In this document: one piece after another, positions 39,803 to 52,095 of the stretch
Layout: the number at the start of each line of letters is the position of its first letter
How positions within the stretch are numbered: position 1 is the first letter of the stretch
Origin: Octopus bimaculoides
Lineage: Eukaryota
Assembly (NCBI RefSeq): GCF_001194135.2
Contig: NC_068989.1
Location: 70,638,191-70,702,190, forward strand
DNA length: 64,000 nt
Direction: 5' to 3'
Notes under the pieces: model-generated
What the model was told of the DNA's origin: nothing
The model's input: only the letters and a program-made list of their open reading frames with translations
Database searches by the model: none
Position numbers and translations under genes: made by a program

Positions 39803-40026
39803 GCCTTTTAATACCAACCTACCTAAGGGCTGTCCCTGGTTCTGCGAAGCAAACTTCCTGTTTTATAGTGATCCAAATTAAAACTTTCTGTCAACATTTC
39901 ATGTTCATTTACGTTTCAAACACTAACTTAATAAGGACTAAGTTATTTGACTAAATTCTTTATTATTTTCAAAATTAATTGAAACAAGGGAAGTGTATTT
40001 CAGCAGAAGTATGGTAAAGAAAGGGG
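39803..40026. mobile_element. piggyBac-like TTAA MITE (family 1), tandem neighbour of 40046-40266
   Basis: Flanked by TTAA at 39799-39802 and 40027-40030, and collinear with the adjacent copy. Confidence 0.75.
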
Positions 40027-40045
40027 TTAAGCAAAGAAGATTTAA

Positions 40046-40266
40046 CCCTTTTGATACCAACATGCCCGAGTCCACCCTTGGTTTTCTGACACAAATTTCC
40101 TGTTTTAAATTGAGCTAAATTAAAACTTTCCATCGACATTTCATGTTAATTTGTTCCAAATATCAGCTTAATAATGACAAAATTATTTTAATAAATTCTT
40201 CATTATTTTCAAAATTAATTGAGACAAAAGACAGTGTATTCCAGCAGAAATATGGTAACAAAAGGG
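40046..40266. mobile_element. piggyBac-like TTAA MITE (family 1), best copy
   Basis: TTAA|CCCTTTTGATACCA ... TGGTAACAAAAGGG|TTAT gives a 13/14 TIR and a TTAA-type target site. Many further copies or fragments lie at about 9281-9993, 23400-23620, 24940-25100, 25660-25850, 27940-28330, 30950-31260, 41780-41935, 56575-56884 and 61960-62080. Confidence 0.8.
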
Positions 40267-40428
40267 TTATAACCCACATTTAGTGGAAGAATCATGTCTG
40301 GCAGCTAAAATATTGTGATCTCAAACACACATTTGCTCTCTCATCAGTTCTAAGCACCCTCTGAATCTATATCTTAACTTGTTAGACATGCATTTCCTAT
40401 TACATTGTAGCAATACTGCAACTAACAG

Positions 40429-40491
<63 letters not shown>

Positions 40492-42365
40492 ATAATAATA
40501 ATAATAAGGTGGCGAGCTGGCAGAATCATTAACATGCTGGGTAAAATGATTAGCAACATGTTGTCTGTTGCTACATTCTGAGTTCAAATTCCACCAAGGT
40601 CAACTTTGCTTTTCATCCTTTCGGGGTCAGTAAAATAAGTACCAGTTGAACACCGGGGTCAATGTAATCAACACATCCCCACTTCCCCCATTCTGCCCTT
40701 GTGGCAAAAATTTGAAATAATAATTATTATTATTATTAGTAGAAGTTGTGGTGGGGGTGGGAGCAAATATAAGACCATTTCACTGTAATTTCAATGTGAA
40801 ACGAGTTTACCTTGAAAATCAGTAATTTATTTATCATTACTGATATTACTACTGTATAGCTATTCCTCTAGAGGAAAAGGTGGTAAATAGCCAGAGTTGT
40901 TAGAGCATCGGCTACAATGTCTTTCTGCATTTGTTCTGTCTCTCTGAGCATTCTGGGTTCAAAATCCCACTGAAGTCAGCTTTGCTTTACATGTTTTCAC
41001 TCTTTTTTTTTTTTTTAGCAGTGATTCCAGATCAATAGAGACACAAAATTATCAAAGCATCAGATGAAACACCGTGTAGTATGCTCCAGCTCTTTAGGGT
41101 TCCCAAGTCAAATTCCACATGAGGGGCTCAACTTCTGCTGATGGCCAGGGTTAATCCTCTGATCATGGGTCTGTCACTAATTATTAAAAGGTAGAAGAGG
41201 ACTGTCAACATCTGCCATGAAGATGGTGACAGTGGAGAAAAATCTAAGTAGTAAAGAGGATACAAACAGCTGTAACCACTTGAGTGGTTACCACAAAGGA
41301 CTCATATGGGGTGTAGGTCAAAATCTTTTTTTTTTTTTGTTCATTTACCATAAGCATGGGTGTCATGCTTTTTGTTATTGTTGTGGTTGCTAGTATGAAG
41401 GGCTTAGTTTACTCTGTTGGCTAAATAATAGAAGCTACTCGGTCATTTGGTGATGACCTACAAAACTTCATATGAATGTCATACTTTGATATTTAAAAAA
41501 ACAAAAATACCAACAACATTAAACATTACACACAAACTGCAGTAGGGTACCAGCTAAATGTGAGCCAGTAAGGGAACCTCCACATGGTTGCTTGAATAGC
41601 TAGAAATAGCCCATAATAGAATTATAGAACATTTCTATCTCTTGTTGACCATGGCTGTGTGGTTAAGAAGCTTGTTTTTCAACCACATGGTTTCAGGTTC
41701 AGTCCCACTACATGGCACCTTTGGTAAATCTAGCTAAAATCACATCCTACTGACTTAATGAGAGGAGGAAGAAACATTAACTCTTTCATTACCGAATTTC
41801 TGTTAAAATACTGTCTTTGTTTTCATTAATTTTGGTAATGAAGAATTTAGTAAAATAACTTTATCATTATTAAACCGGAATTTGGAACATATCCATGGGC
41901 AGTCTTGTGCAATTTGTTATCAAATGGGTTAAATAAAGGGGTCATAGGTTTCCCTGGATATAGGAAAAAGACAGAATGATCATGGTTGAAATTCCTTCCA
42001 AAATAGGTTCACTCGATTAAGGTTGACCTGGGGCTAAAAAAACACAACTGCAGCAGCAAGCATGTAGAGACGATAATAAGCCTAAATATCAAAAGACCAC
42101 TTAGACATGCAAGGAGCAGAGGTCACGCTTTCTCCAAACTCACTTGACCTCTTTTAATTACATATCTAAACAGTCATGAACATTTAGACACATGACCCAA
42201 CATCAAATAACTGTAGAAGACTATGTGGTTACTCAAATAGCTAAAAAAATGGCAGCCAAGTCTCCCTCAAATCACATTAGATTCTTGAAAAGAGATATTA
42301 CTCTTTTACTTGTTTCAGTCTTTTGACTGTGGCCATGCTAGAGCACCACCTTTAATAGATAACGC

Positions 42366-42478
42366 TGCCCCGGGTGAGGCTCGAACTCACAACCTCCGCA
42401 TATCTCCCGACTTGTGAGTTAACACAAGGAAGGTACTGTCTATAAGTACGGCGCGCTAACCAATTGTGCTACCGGGGC
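42366..42478 (-). tRNA. tRNA-Ile-TAT: tRNA-Ile (anticodon UAU) with a 39-nt intron (42402-42440)
   Basis: Minus strand reads GCCCCGG TA GCAC AATTGGTTA GCGC G CCGTA CT TAT A [39-nt intron] A TGCGG AGGTT GTGAG TTCGAGC CTCAC CCGGGGC A. The acceptor stem is 7/7, the T-arm is perfect, the anticodon stem pairs, and the intron is at the canonical 37/38 position. There is one A-C mismatch in the D-stem and no immediate T-run terminator. Confidence 0.92.
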
Positions 42479-42492
42479 AGACGGTTAAAGTG

Positions 42493-42930
42493 TTAAAGTG
42501 ACAATAAACATTACTTCTCAATAAAAATAATGTAGTTATAAGATTACAGAAAATAAATAAAAGAGTGAAAGAAAAAGAAAGACAGCAATAACTGAAGTAT
42601 TTTTGATGATGGATTTGCTGAATCGAATCAAGACTAACCTAGAACTGGACATTAACAGCAATAGCTAAATAGTTAACTGAAGCTGGAGCGAATTACTGCT
42701 ATTTCTAGCGGACAAGTGTCCACCATTGAGGAAGAGCACAAATAGCTCAAAACTGGTGGTCCTGCTGTCTGCTAGAAGATGGTAGTGGTTTGCTCCCCTG
42801 CTTGCAGGGTGCAGATTGCATTGATAACCAGCGGGAGGAGGCTTCCCCTGGGGGTTAAAAATGGTAGTAAGGTCAGTTCCTATGGAACAGCCATATTAAA
42901 GTGACAATAAACATTACTTCTCAATAAAAA
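42493..42930. repeat. 35-bp perfect direct repeat flanking about 370 bp of unique sequence
   Basis: ttaaagtgacaataaacattacttctcaataaaaa occurs at 42493-42527 and 42896-42930. Confidence 0.9.
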
Positions 42931-45758
42931 AAATCTACCATTATTTTGGTTTAAAATATCCAAACAAAATATTAAGTTCAATGTAATTGACTAAAAGAAA
43001 CGCTATCAAGACAGTAACCTCACCTCCCGGCCCTTAACATAGCTGCAGTCTTGTGACTGAGACCAGCAGAATAATAATAAAAGAATAACATTTCTGTCTT
43101 CTGTTGGATATGGCCGTGTGGTTAAGAAGCTTGCTTTGCATGCGAGTGGTTTTGGGTTCAATCCCATTGTGAGGCACCCTGGGGAAATATCTTTTACTAT
43201 AGCTCTAGGCCAACCAATATTTTGTGAATGAATTTGGAGTAGATGGAAACTGTACAGAAGCTCATCGTGTGTGCACGTATGTCCTTGTGTTTATTTCCCA
43301 CCACTGCCTGACAAATGATGTGGGTTTGTTGATGTCCCTGCAAATTAGTAGTTCAGAAAAAAAAAAAAAAAAAACCAACAGAATAAGTACCAGGCTAAAA
43401 ATAAATCCTGGGGTCAATCTGTTTAACTAAGCCCTTCAGGGCAGTGCTTCAGCATGGCTGCAGTCCAATGACTGAAACAAGTAAAAGATAAGAGGGTAAC
43501 CGAGGAATTAGTTAATTTACTAAATCCAGGCTGTTGACCCATTGCCCCAAATATCACGAGACATTAAGAAATTCAATAAATAACAGTAAATACACTTTTT
43601 ATTCTTTCTATTTTTGCTGACTGTCACTTCAATTTGAGCCAGCATTCGTGTGAATACACTGGAAGAACAAACATCATAGTTGTTCTATATGCATTTTATA
43701 CGACAAACAAAGTAATCTATGTGAGGAATGCACAGCATAGGTGGCCCTCTAAGTAGTCCAAAATACATGCACTAATTAATTTGCTTTTGGCTGATGTTCT
43801 GGTTCTCTGTCGGTGATGACAATGAGGGAACCAGTTGATTCAATCAACCGAACAGTCTGCTCATGAGGTTAATGCGCAGATGGCTGAGCACCTCACAGAC
43901 ACACATACCCTTAATATAGTTCTCAAGGAGATTCAGTGTGACACACTGAATGGCACATTGAACTACAGGTACAACTCATTTTTGCTCGCTGACTAGACTG
44001 GAGCAAGGACACAATGCTCTGATAGGAATCGAACTCACAACCTTACCATCATGAGCTGAATACATTAAACACTGAGCCAAATGGTTGATAGCACTTCAAA
44101 AAAAAAATCATGGCAGCAAGAGAGATCTTTTACAAAATTGAAATATCAGATGAATGTGTGAATGTAATCTTACGTTAATCCCTGTGGCTTGCTTTGACAT
44201 GATGGAATGGCTGTGGTGCCATGTCTGGTAAATCACTGATCCAAACCAAGAACTACCTTCACTTACAAAAATATTGAAAGATTTATTTCCTTAAAGCAAA
44301 AGAAAATCTTTGTTGGATATATTATAGAATTTCTAGAGAAAACATAACTCAATATTAGAGGTTTAAGAATGCAGTGAGCTGACAGTACTGTTACAGGATT
44401 GGGAAAAATGCTTAGTGTCATTCCATCCATCTTTACATTCCGAGTTCAAATTCTACCAAGGTTGACTTTGCTTTTCATCCTTTTGGGGGTTGATAAATAA
44501 GTACTAGTTGAACACTGGTGGGGAGGGGATGTAATTGACTTAACCCTCTCCCCAAATTGCTGGCCTTGTGCCAAAATTTGGAACCAGTATTAGAGATTTA
44601 AGACATAACCGTGGAGAAATTTTTACATAATGTTCAAGAGAAAAATACTCAGTGAGACCATCTGCATGAAAAATTAACAGTCAATTTATGGCCATCATGG
44701 CGAGGAAAGCCTGACACTTATTCTATTGGTCTCTTTTTGTCAAACTGCTAAATTACAAGGACATAAACACATTAAGTGGTGGGAAGGGGAGGGGAGAAAA
44801 CATACACAAAGACATACATATATACGAAGGGCTTTTTTCAGTTTCCATCAGAAGGCTTTGGTCTGTCCAAAGCTATAGTAGAGGACACCTGCCCAAAGTG
44901 CTGCACATTGGGACTGAACCCAGAACCATGTGGTTGAGAAGCAAACTTCTAACCACACAGTCATGCCTGCACCATTAAATGATTAAATGGTATACTTGCA
45001 TATTGTTAGAGGTGACTGGAAAAGGTTGACAACTGCCTAAGAAGGCCTGCCAAATTCAAGCCAGAATGGAAAATGCCTCATCGCTGCCAAAACCACCACC
45101 ACCACCACCACCATCACTAACATCTATTTTTCTATGCTTGCATGAATTAGAGAGAATTTCATTGAGGCAGATTTTCTATGGTTGAATGTCCTTTCTGTTG
45201 CCAACCTTCACAAGTTTCCAATTGAAGTCCTTTGGCCGGACATGTCTTCACAGAAGACTGGAAACAAATGCTGCTCCTTGTATGACAGTAATGTATACTT
45301 ATAACTATCATGAAATATCAAATCACTGAAACACACACAAACATACATATATTTATTATTCTTTAACACACATTTCATGTTGACAGTGATTTCAAAGTTT
45401 CGGCCTGCTTAACCTCCATTGGACAGTCCAATGAAGTCACTGTCAGCACTATTCTTGTTAAAGAATTACTCGACAAAAAATATTGAGTAATCTTTCAGTT
45501 TAATGTTGAATTGTTTCTATTATAACTCAGCATAAGGTGGTGAGCTGACAAACTTGTTAGCACTCCAATCAAAATACTTTGCAGCATTTTGTCCATCTTT
45601 ACGTTCTGAGTTCAAATTCCATCAAGGTTGATTTTGCCTTTCATCCTTTTGGGGTTGACAAATTAAGTACCAGTGAAACATTGGGTTCGATATAATCAAC
45701 TGGTCCCTTCCCACCAAATTTCAGGCCTTGTGCTTATAGTAGAAACGGTTATTATTAA

Positions 45759-45975
45759 GGCGGCGAGCTGGCAGAATAGTTAGTATGGGCAAAAATGCTT
45801 AGCGGCATTTCATCCGTCTCTACATTCTGAGTTTAAATTCTGCTGAGGTCAACTTAGCCTTTCATCCTTTTGGGGTTGATAAATTAAGTACCAGTCAAGT
45901 ACTGAGGTTGATGTGATATACCACCCCTTCCCCTCAAATTCCAAGCCTTGTGCCTATAGTAGAAAGGATTATTAT
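45759..45975 (+). mobile_element. tRNA-derived SINE family B with (ATT)n tail, representative copy
   Basis: The head is ggcggcgagctggcagaat..ttag...gagttcaaattcc (A/B boxes), the central domain is ggtcgactttgcctttcatcctttcggggtcgataaa(a/t)taagtaccag, and the tail is agaaaggattattatt. More than 20 copies occur, e.g. 10620-11460, 14620-15000, 40507-40720, 44370-44590, 45535-45750, 52375-52580, 59665-59880, 62125-62345 and 63519-63745. Confidence 0.85.
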
Positions 45976-46399
45976 CATTATGACATGCATCTCAGTGCCA
46001 AACCAAAAGTCAATGAAGTTAAGCTCTCTATTTAAAATTATTAGTTGAGAAGCTGATTCTCCTCTTTTTTGAGATTCCTTCTATCTGTTGTTTATGACAA
46101 CTTGGTAAAAATGAATGTTAAGTGAAATGAAGCGTATGGTAACAACGGAATATGGCTTTGACACCAATGATGGCTTAGCTGGAATGAATTCTTGATTTGA
46201 GCAAACACATTACGAATATTAAATCAAAACAAAAAAAAAAAAAGGAAGGGAAAAGAAAGTAAAAAAAGAAAGAAGTTGATGACTTAATTGCTCAATAGTC
46301 CAGGCTGTATGTTATTAAATCTTACATGTCAAAAGACTGAAACCTTGTCAAAAGGTGGCTTATGGAATAAATATCAATATATTCTAAATTATGTGTGTG

Positions 46400-46718
46400 A
46401 GATGGTGGGGTAGGAGAGTGGAGAAGAAGAGGAGGAAGATGGACGGGTAAGGGACAACAGAGAGAAGTAGATAGGCGGAAACTGAAAGGAGATGAAAGAG
46501 GAGAACGAGATGAGATAAAGGAGGAGAGGGAGAGTGAATAAATGTGAGAGAGAGAGAGAGATACAGGAAACAGAGAGAAGATGGAGAAGGAAACAAGAGC
46601 AGATGGAGGTGAGAGAGAGAGAGAATAGAAATGATGGAGAAGGGGTGGAAGATCGGGGGGAGGAGAGGTAGGGCAGAGAATACAGAGCCCAAGAGGAATG
46701 GAAAGAACAATAAAGAGG

Positions 46719-46755
<37 letters not shown>

Positions 46756-46780
46756 AGAGAGAGAGAAAGAGAGAGAGGCA
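46400..46780. repeat. Polypurine (GA-rich) tract
   Basis: About 380 bp of strongly purine-biased sequence with (GA)n runs. A similar tract lies at about 15900-16260. Confidence 0.85.
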
Positions 46781-47619
46781 GTTACCTGATGATAATGAGG
46801 TATTAATCAAACACCTGAGGAATAGTATTCTCAGTATTAGATTTTGCCAACTAATCATTTCATTTTCTCATGTGCTGACAGCAAAGTCTAGCAGAATGTT
46901 AATTATTATGTGATAATTAATGTTGTATTCTAGTCTAGATCAGCTCTGAAGTATCAGACCCATGATCAAAAGCATTCCAGCCATGACCATCTCATCTTTT
47001 TCCAAGTTGTATATCTTGGACTACATTATCTTCACCTATATGTATGATATAGGTGCAGGTATAGCTGTGTGGTAAGCAGTTTGCTTCCCAACCACAATGG
47101 TTTCAGGTTCAGTCTCAGCATGTGGCACCTTGGATGATTGTCTTTTATTATAACCTCAGGCTGACCAAAGTCTTGTGAGTGGACTGGTAGATGGAAACTG
47201 AAAGAAGCCCATATATATATATATATATATATATAATAAGAAAAAAGGAAAACCTTTGCTGCAGTGCACCTAATTAGTGTTCTATATGACATAAATCAAA
47301 GTGGACAGATTTTTGTAGGTCAAATTCCTTTATCATGGGAATACAAAATACATATAGAATTCATCGGAATGCTAGGTTCCAAGCGTTCCAATATTACAAT
47401 CTAAAGAAAACCAGTAGTACAAAACCTTGAAATCATATCAAATAATGTTATATATATATATTTTTTTTAAATGTTATATTTTCTTTTAAAAAAGTTCACA
47501 AGGATATAGAAAAATGCTTCGGTCAGCATGGGACTGTAGTAGAAGACTCTTGTTTAAGGTGCAATCCAGTGGAACTGAACTCAAAACCATGTAATTGCAA
47601 AGTGAGCTCGCAATGTTTG

Positions 47620-47770
47620 TCCAGTTCTATTGAATGTCTCTGACCAGGAATATGCTGATGATCTTACCCTTACAGCTCATCAACTAACTGAGTGATACAT
47701 AGGACAGATTAACATTCCTTGAGAATGTTGCAGCCCAGGTCATTCAGTCTGTCAATTCAAAGGAGAATGA
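47620..47770 (+). mobile_element. Decayed non-LTR reverse transcriptase fragment (YADD motif)
   Basis: VSDQEYADDLTLTA (YADD at 47651-47662) is followed, after a frameshift, by LTFLENVAAQVIQSVNSK. This resembles RT domains 5-6 of RTE-type LINEs (DLDYADD...LE..AA.VGL.IN.KKT). Confidence 0.6.
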
Positions 47771-48285
47771 TTTTCACCACTGTAAATAGTTAATTACAAG
47801 GTTATTTCCAGTTCAAATATAGTTGGGGCATATTCAAACCTGTAAGAAAGCCATTCTCTTTTTTTTTTACCATGGAGAAAATTTCTTGCTGTAGATAAAT
47901 GGTGTAAATACACCTAAATCAGCTCACAGCACCAACTACTCGGACTGTGATTTGCAAGCATTTCAGAGTAGTTATCTCCTCTTCAGCCACAGATACCAGT
48001 TTGTCTTTCTGATGGTGTTCCCATCATCGTACAATGACTGATAGCACTAATTGGTAGCACTGTAAGTAGTGACAGTATTGGAAAACTGAAGAGTGTTTTG
48101 TTAACTTCATGAGACAAAAGAAGGACCAACAGGAAAATGAAATCAATACCGAAATAGTCATGATGCATGTATGCACTAGCATGCACACGGTTACTGTGAC
48201 TGATCAATTGAACATAAGATACACGAGAAACTTGATTCCCACTGAAGGTTTATGGTAAAGTAAAAACTTAACAGCACAAAAATGG

Positions 48286-48337
<52 letters not shown>

Positions 48338-49429
48338 CTATAGCAACCAGATAAGTTTAGTAGGGTGCTTTTGTAAACTGCACTCAGGGATTTAAAAATA
48401 AAACGATCATAAAACATACACAACACATTGCTGTACACAGCATCATACTCGTATACCTGCTGTGGGGTGGATCAACAGCTTACATTAAACAGAATGCCAA
48501 ATCTATTGAAGCTAAGTGCAGACAACAATTATTGCATACAGTCAGCTTAACATATTAGTTTCCTACTTAAAACATATATATATATACATATGTATATATA
48601 TAAAATATGCTGTGAATTTTTGCTAAGCTGCTTTCCTGTTGTCTTGGAATAATAGCTGTGTTTTTAAAAATGGTTGTTGGCATTTATCCCAACTTGTACA
48701 AAAAGGTTTTTTTTTTTGTTTCATTCTTTTGGGGTGGGGGTAATTATTTTTTTATTCTTCTTCGTTTTTGCAATTGCTCTTATAATAAGACTATTACTAC
48801 CTGTCCTTTTGCTTATTGTGAATATCAAAAGGCAGAGGAGTACAGCTTGCTTATATCAAATTCATTCTGATATTTACTGAGTCTCCTGCGAAATCTGAAA
48901 AGTGAAAAAAACTGCATTTACGTCATTAGATTTATAAACACAAATGTCTTTTTTTCATTTTCATTTTTTATAGATATTTCCTATTGATCTAAGGAAATGT
49001 GACTTTGGTTAATCTTATAGGTCAGGCTTCCATTTGGTGGTAGACACCTGTTACGTGGGAGACAGCTGTATTACTGAGTCATCCATGTACCAGTATGTTT
49101 TAATCCTAAATACATTTATTGACTAATTCTGTATCACCATCACCCTTTTAATACCTACTTCTTTTTTCTTTTATTCTAGTAATGGTCACATGATCTCCAC
49201 CATAGCCAGTTCCAAGCCCGATTGAGAAAGGAGGCTGGCAAGGTGATAGAGTATTGGGTTAGTAGCTCTGCACTATCAATGTTTCACATTGCTATTGAAA
49301 CACCAATAAGAGAACATGAAACAGGTCCTGGTAAGGAGAAGCAATCCTTAGAGACTGTATATGCAGTAATGTAATGATAGCTGAAAGGAAATTATAATGT
49401 AGAACAATCATCTCTCACCAAAGACAACC

Positions 49430-49645
49430 ATACTGCTGAGAACATGGAACATCAAGGCTAGGTTCAAGACCAAATTTTTAGGAAGAAAATGGAAGCATGA
49501 CAAATCAAAAAACAAGATGGCCCACAGAAAATGAAGCATTGACAGGTTTGCTTCACCTAGGGACAGCTGAAATCCATTGCTAGATATCAAGACAGATGGA
49601 GATATCTTGTCTGTGCCCTATGCTTTACATGGAGTCAAAAGGAAT
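49430..49645 (+). mobile_element. Decayed 3' end of a second RTE-type LINE
   Basis: The frameshifted TWN...GRK...KTRW...T*GQLKSIARYQDRWRYLVCALC matches the RTE-1 C-terminal pattern W..L...A.DR..WR.LV..LC. Confidence 0.5.
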
Positions 49646-50168
49646 TAAAGAAGGTAACATGAGACAAGTTTTTTCCAATAAGATACAATTTCCCTTGTTC
49701 CTTTAAATGACAAAGTCACCAGCCGAATCAATTTCCACAGCAGAATTAAACCAACACTATCAGCATGGTGACACTATATGCAATATGCAAATGTCAAAAC
49801 AAGGGGAAGGCATTAACACATGCATACACATGGTGGCCTTTTTATAGCTTCCATCACAAAGAATTAATTAGCTCAAGGCTATAAGAGAAGACAACTATCA
49901 ATAGTACCATGAAATGGGAATAAACCCTAAATCACATGACTGCAATGCATGAAACTATACTATGTGCTTTTCCACTACCTCCTCTTCTTATGTTTGCTAC
50001 CAACCACCTCCACCTCCATGATCCACTCCTATTTTCCTTTGCCTTTCCTCTAACTTCGATTCACAATTAACCATTCCTCAAGAAGATACTTGCCCAAAGT
50101 GTCATGAACTGAAACTTGACACAAGACCACATAGTTGGAAACAAGCATTTTAACCACAGAACCTTGCT

Positions 50169-50199
<31 letters not shown>

Positions 50200-50205
50200 G
50201 CGTAG

Positions 50206-50290
<85 letters not shown>

Positions 50291-50972
50291 NNNNNNNNNN
50301 NNNNNNNNNNNNNNNNNNNNNNNNNNNNNNNNNNNNNNNNNNNNNNNNNNNNNNNNNNNNNNNNNNNNNNNNNNNNNNNNNNNNNNNNNNNNNNNNNNNN
50401 NNNNNNNNNNNNNNNNNNNNNNNNNNNNNNNNNNNNNNNNNNNNNNNNNNNNNNNNNNNNNNNNNNNNNNNNNNNNNNNNNNNNNNNNNNNNNNNNNNNN
50501 NNNNNNNNNNNNNNNNNNNNNNNNNNNNNNNNNNNNNNNNNNNNNNNNNNNNNNNNNNNNNNNNNNNNNNNNNNNNNNNNNNNNNNNNNNNNNNNNNNNN
50601 NNNNNNNNNNNNNNNNNNNNNNNNNNNNNNNNNNNNNNNNNNNNNNNNNNNNNNNNNNNNNNNNNNNNNNNNNNNNNNNNNNNNNNNNNNNNNNNNNNNN
50701 NNNNNNNNNNNNNNNNNNNNNNNNNNNNNNNNNNNNNNNNNNNNNNNNNNNNNNNNNNNNNNNNNNNNNNNNNNNNNNNNNNNNNNNNNNNNNNNNNNNN
50801 NNNNNNNNNNNNNNNNNNNNNNNNNNNNNNNNNNNNNNNNNNNNNNNNNNNNNNNNNNNAATAAATTATTTTTCCATGATTTTGGCTGCAAAATGATTAT
50901 AATCTTATAGATATCAACTGGTGAAATAAATATATTTATCTCATACTTCCTGACTTCCTTTATACTCTCTCT

Positions 50973-51053
<81 letters not shown>

Positions 51054-51919
51054 ACTTTGGGAGTGAAGGGCACCTAGTTCTTGTTAGCACTTCCTTCTAG
51101 GAGGAGGTAACTTCATACAAAAAACTAAGTGCAGTTGGTTCCAGGTTGTCTCTACTTCTGCTGTGCCACTGGTTTTGTAGCTGATTGTACTGAAGAGTGG
51201 ATTCTGTGCTGTGCAACACTTTATCCACTCAAAGCAAATTCATGGAAAGAAACTTCTTGGACTCATGAAACATTTATATGAACCTACTGTGTTAAAGAAG
51301 TGGTCTTACATGGTGATGGGTTGACTTCTGCCATATATATCACTCTGGAGAAGCAACCCACAACACCAATTATGTCAGAGATTAACTATATGAAAAAAGG
51401 ATGGACAATAAACATTGATTCTAAGTTTTATGCAAGAGAGCTTCAAAATAATCTGTTTTCAGCATAAGACTGACAATCAATATTGATATGAAACAAGACT
51501 GGATGTAATGAACTCAGGAGAATTAGAGCGAGAAGAATTAAAATGCCAAAGGAAAACTGAAACAATTTATACAAGATCTATGCTAGAAGAACTGTAAAGA
51601 ATCTGTAACTAAAAAATACAGCATACAGCATGAACAGAATGAAAAAGGACTGGTTGTGAAGTCTTCAGTTTGTTAAATGTTAGTCTTCTATACTTGTACT
51701 GACCAAAAAAACAAAAAAAAAAACAAAGCAAGAGATTAGGCTTCAGAAAAAAACTGGCAAAGCATCTACAGACAATATTGTAATATGAAGACAATGATTG
51801 AGGGAACCAAACTCTGGGAATTTACCTGCAATACTGACTTTATGCTGATAAATATACCAAGATGAGTTTATCAGGACAGTAAAGAGCAATATAACTAGAT
51901 TAAGTAAATTCTGGGTTAA

Positions 51920-52095
51920 ACCATTAGCATTTGAACTGACCATATCCAACCTCTCACACCTACCCTACTATGTCATTGTAAAAATGAACAATCACATCAT
52001 TGAAATTTCATAGCTATGATATAATGCATAATTGAGTCAAAACAATGTGAATAAATATGCATTAGATTTGACAGAGTAATCTGAATGTTAAATGG
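51920..52095. mobile_element. piggyBac-like TTAA MITE (family 2)
   Basis: ttaa|accattagcatt ... aatgttaaatgg|tgaa forms degenerate TIRs. The same internal sequence (cattacatttgacagagtaatctgaatg-like) recurs at about 18870-19060, 31411-31607, 54400-54490 and 61830-61950. Confidence 0.6.

Noticed and set aside
42604-42680. C/D-box snoRNA-like TGATGA...CTGA spacing
   Set aside because: No terminal stem, and it is antisense to the host gene transcript.
48862-48878. 17-nt minus-strand microexon candidate after a strong polypyrimidine acceptor
   Set aside because: It is not frame-preserving, its phases do not fit the MTSS1 exon, and the donor is mediocre.
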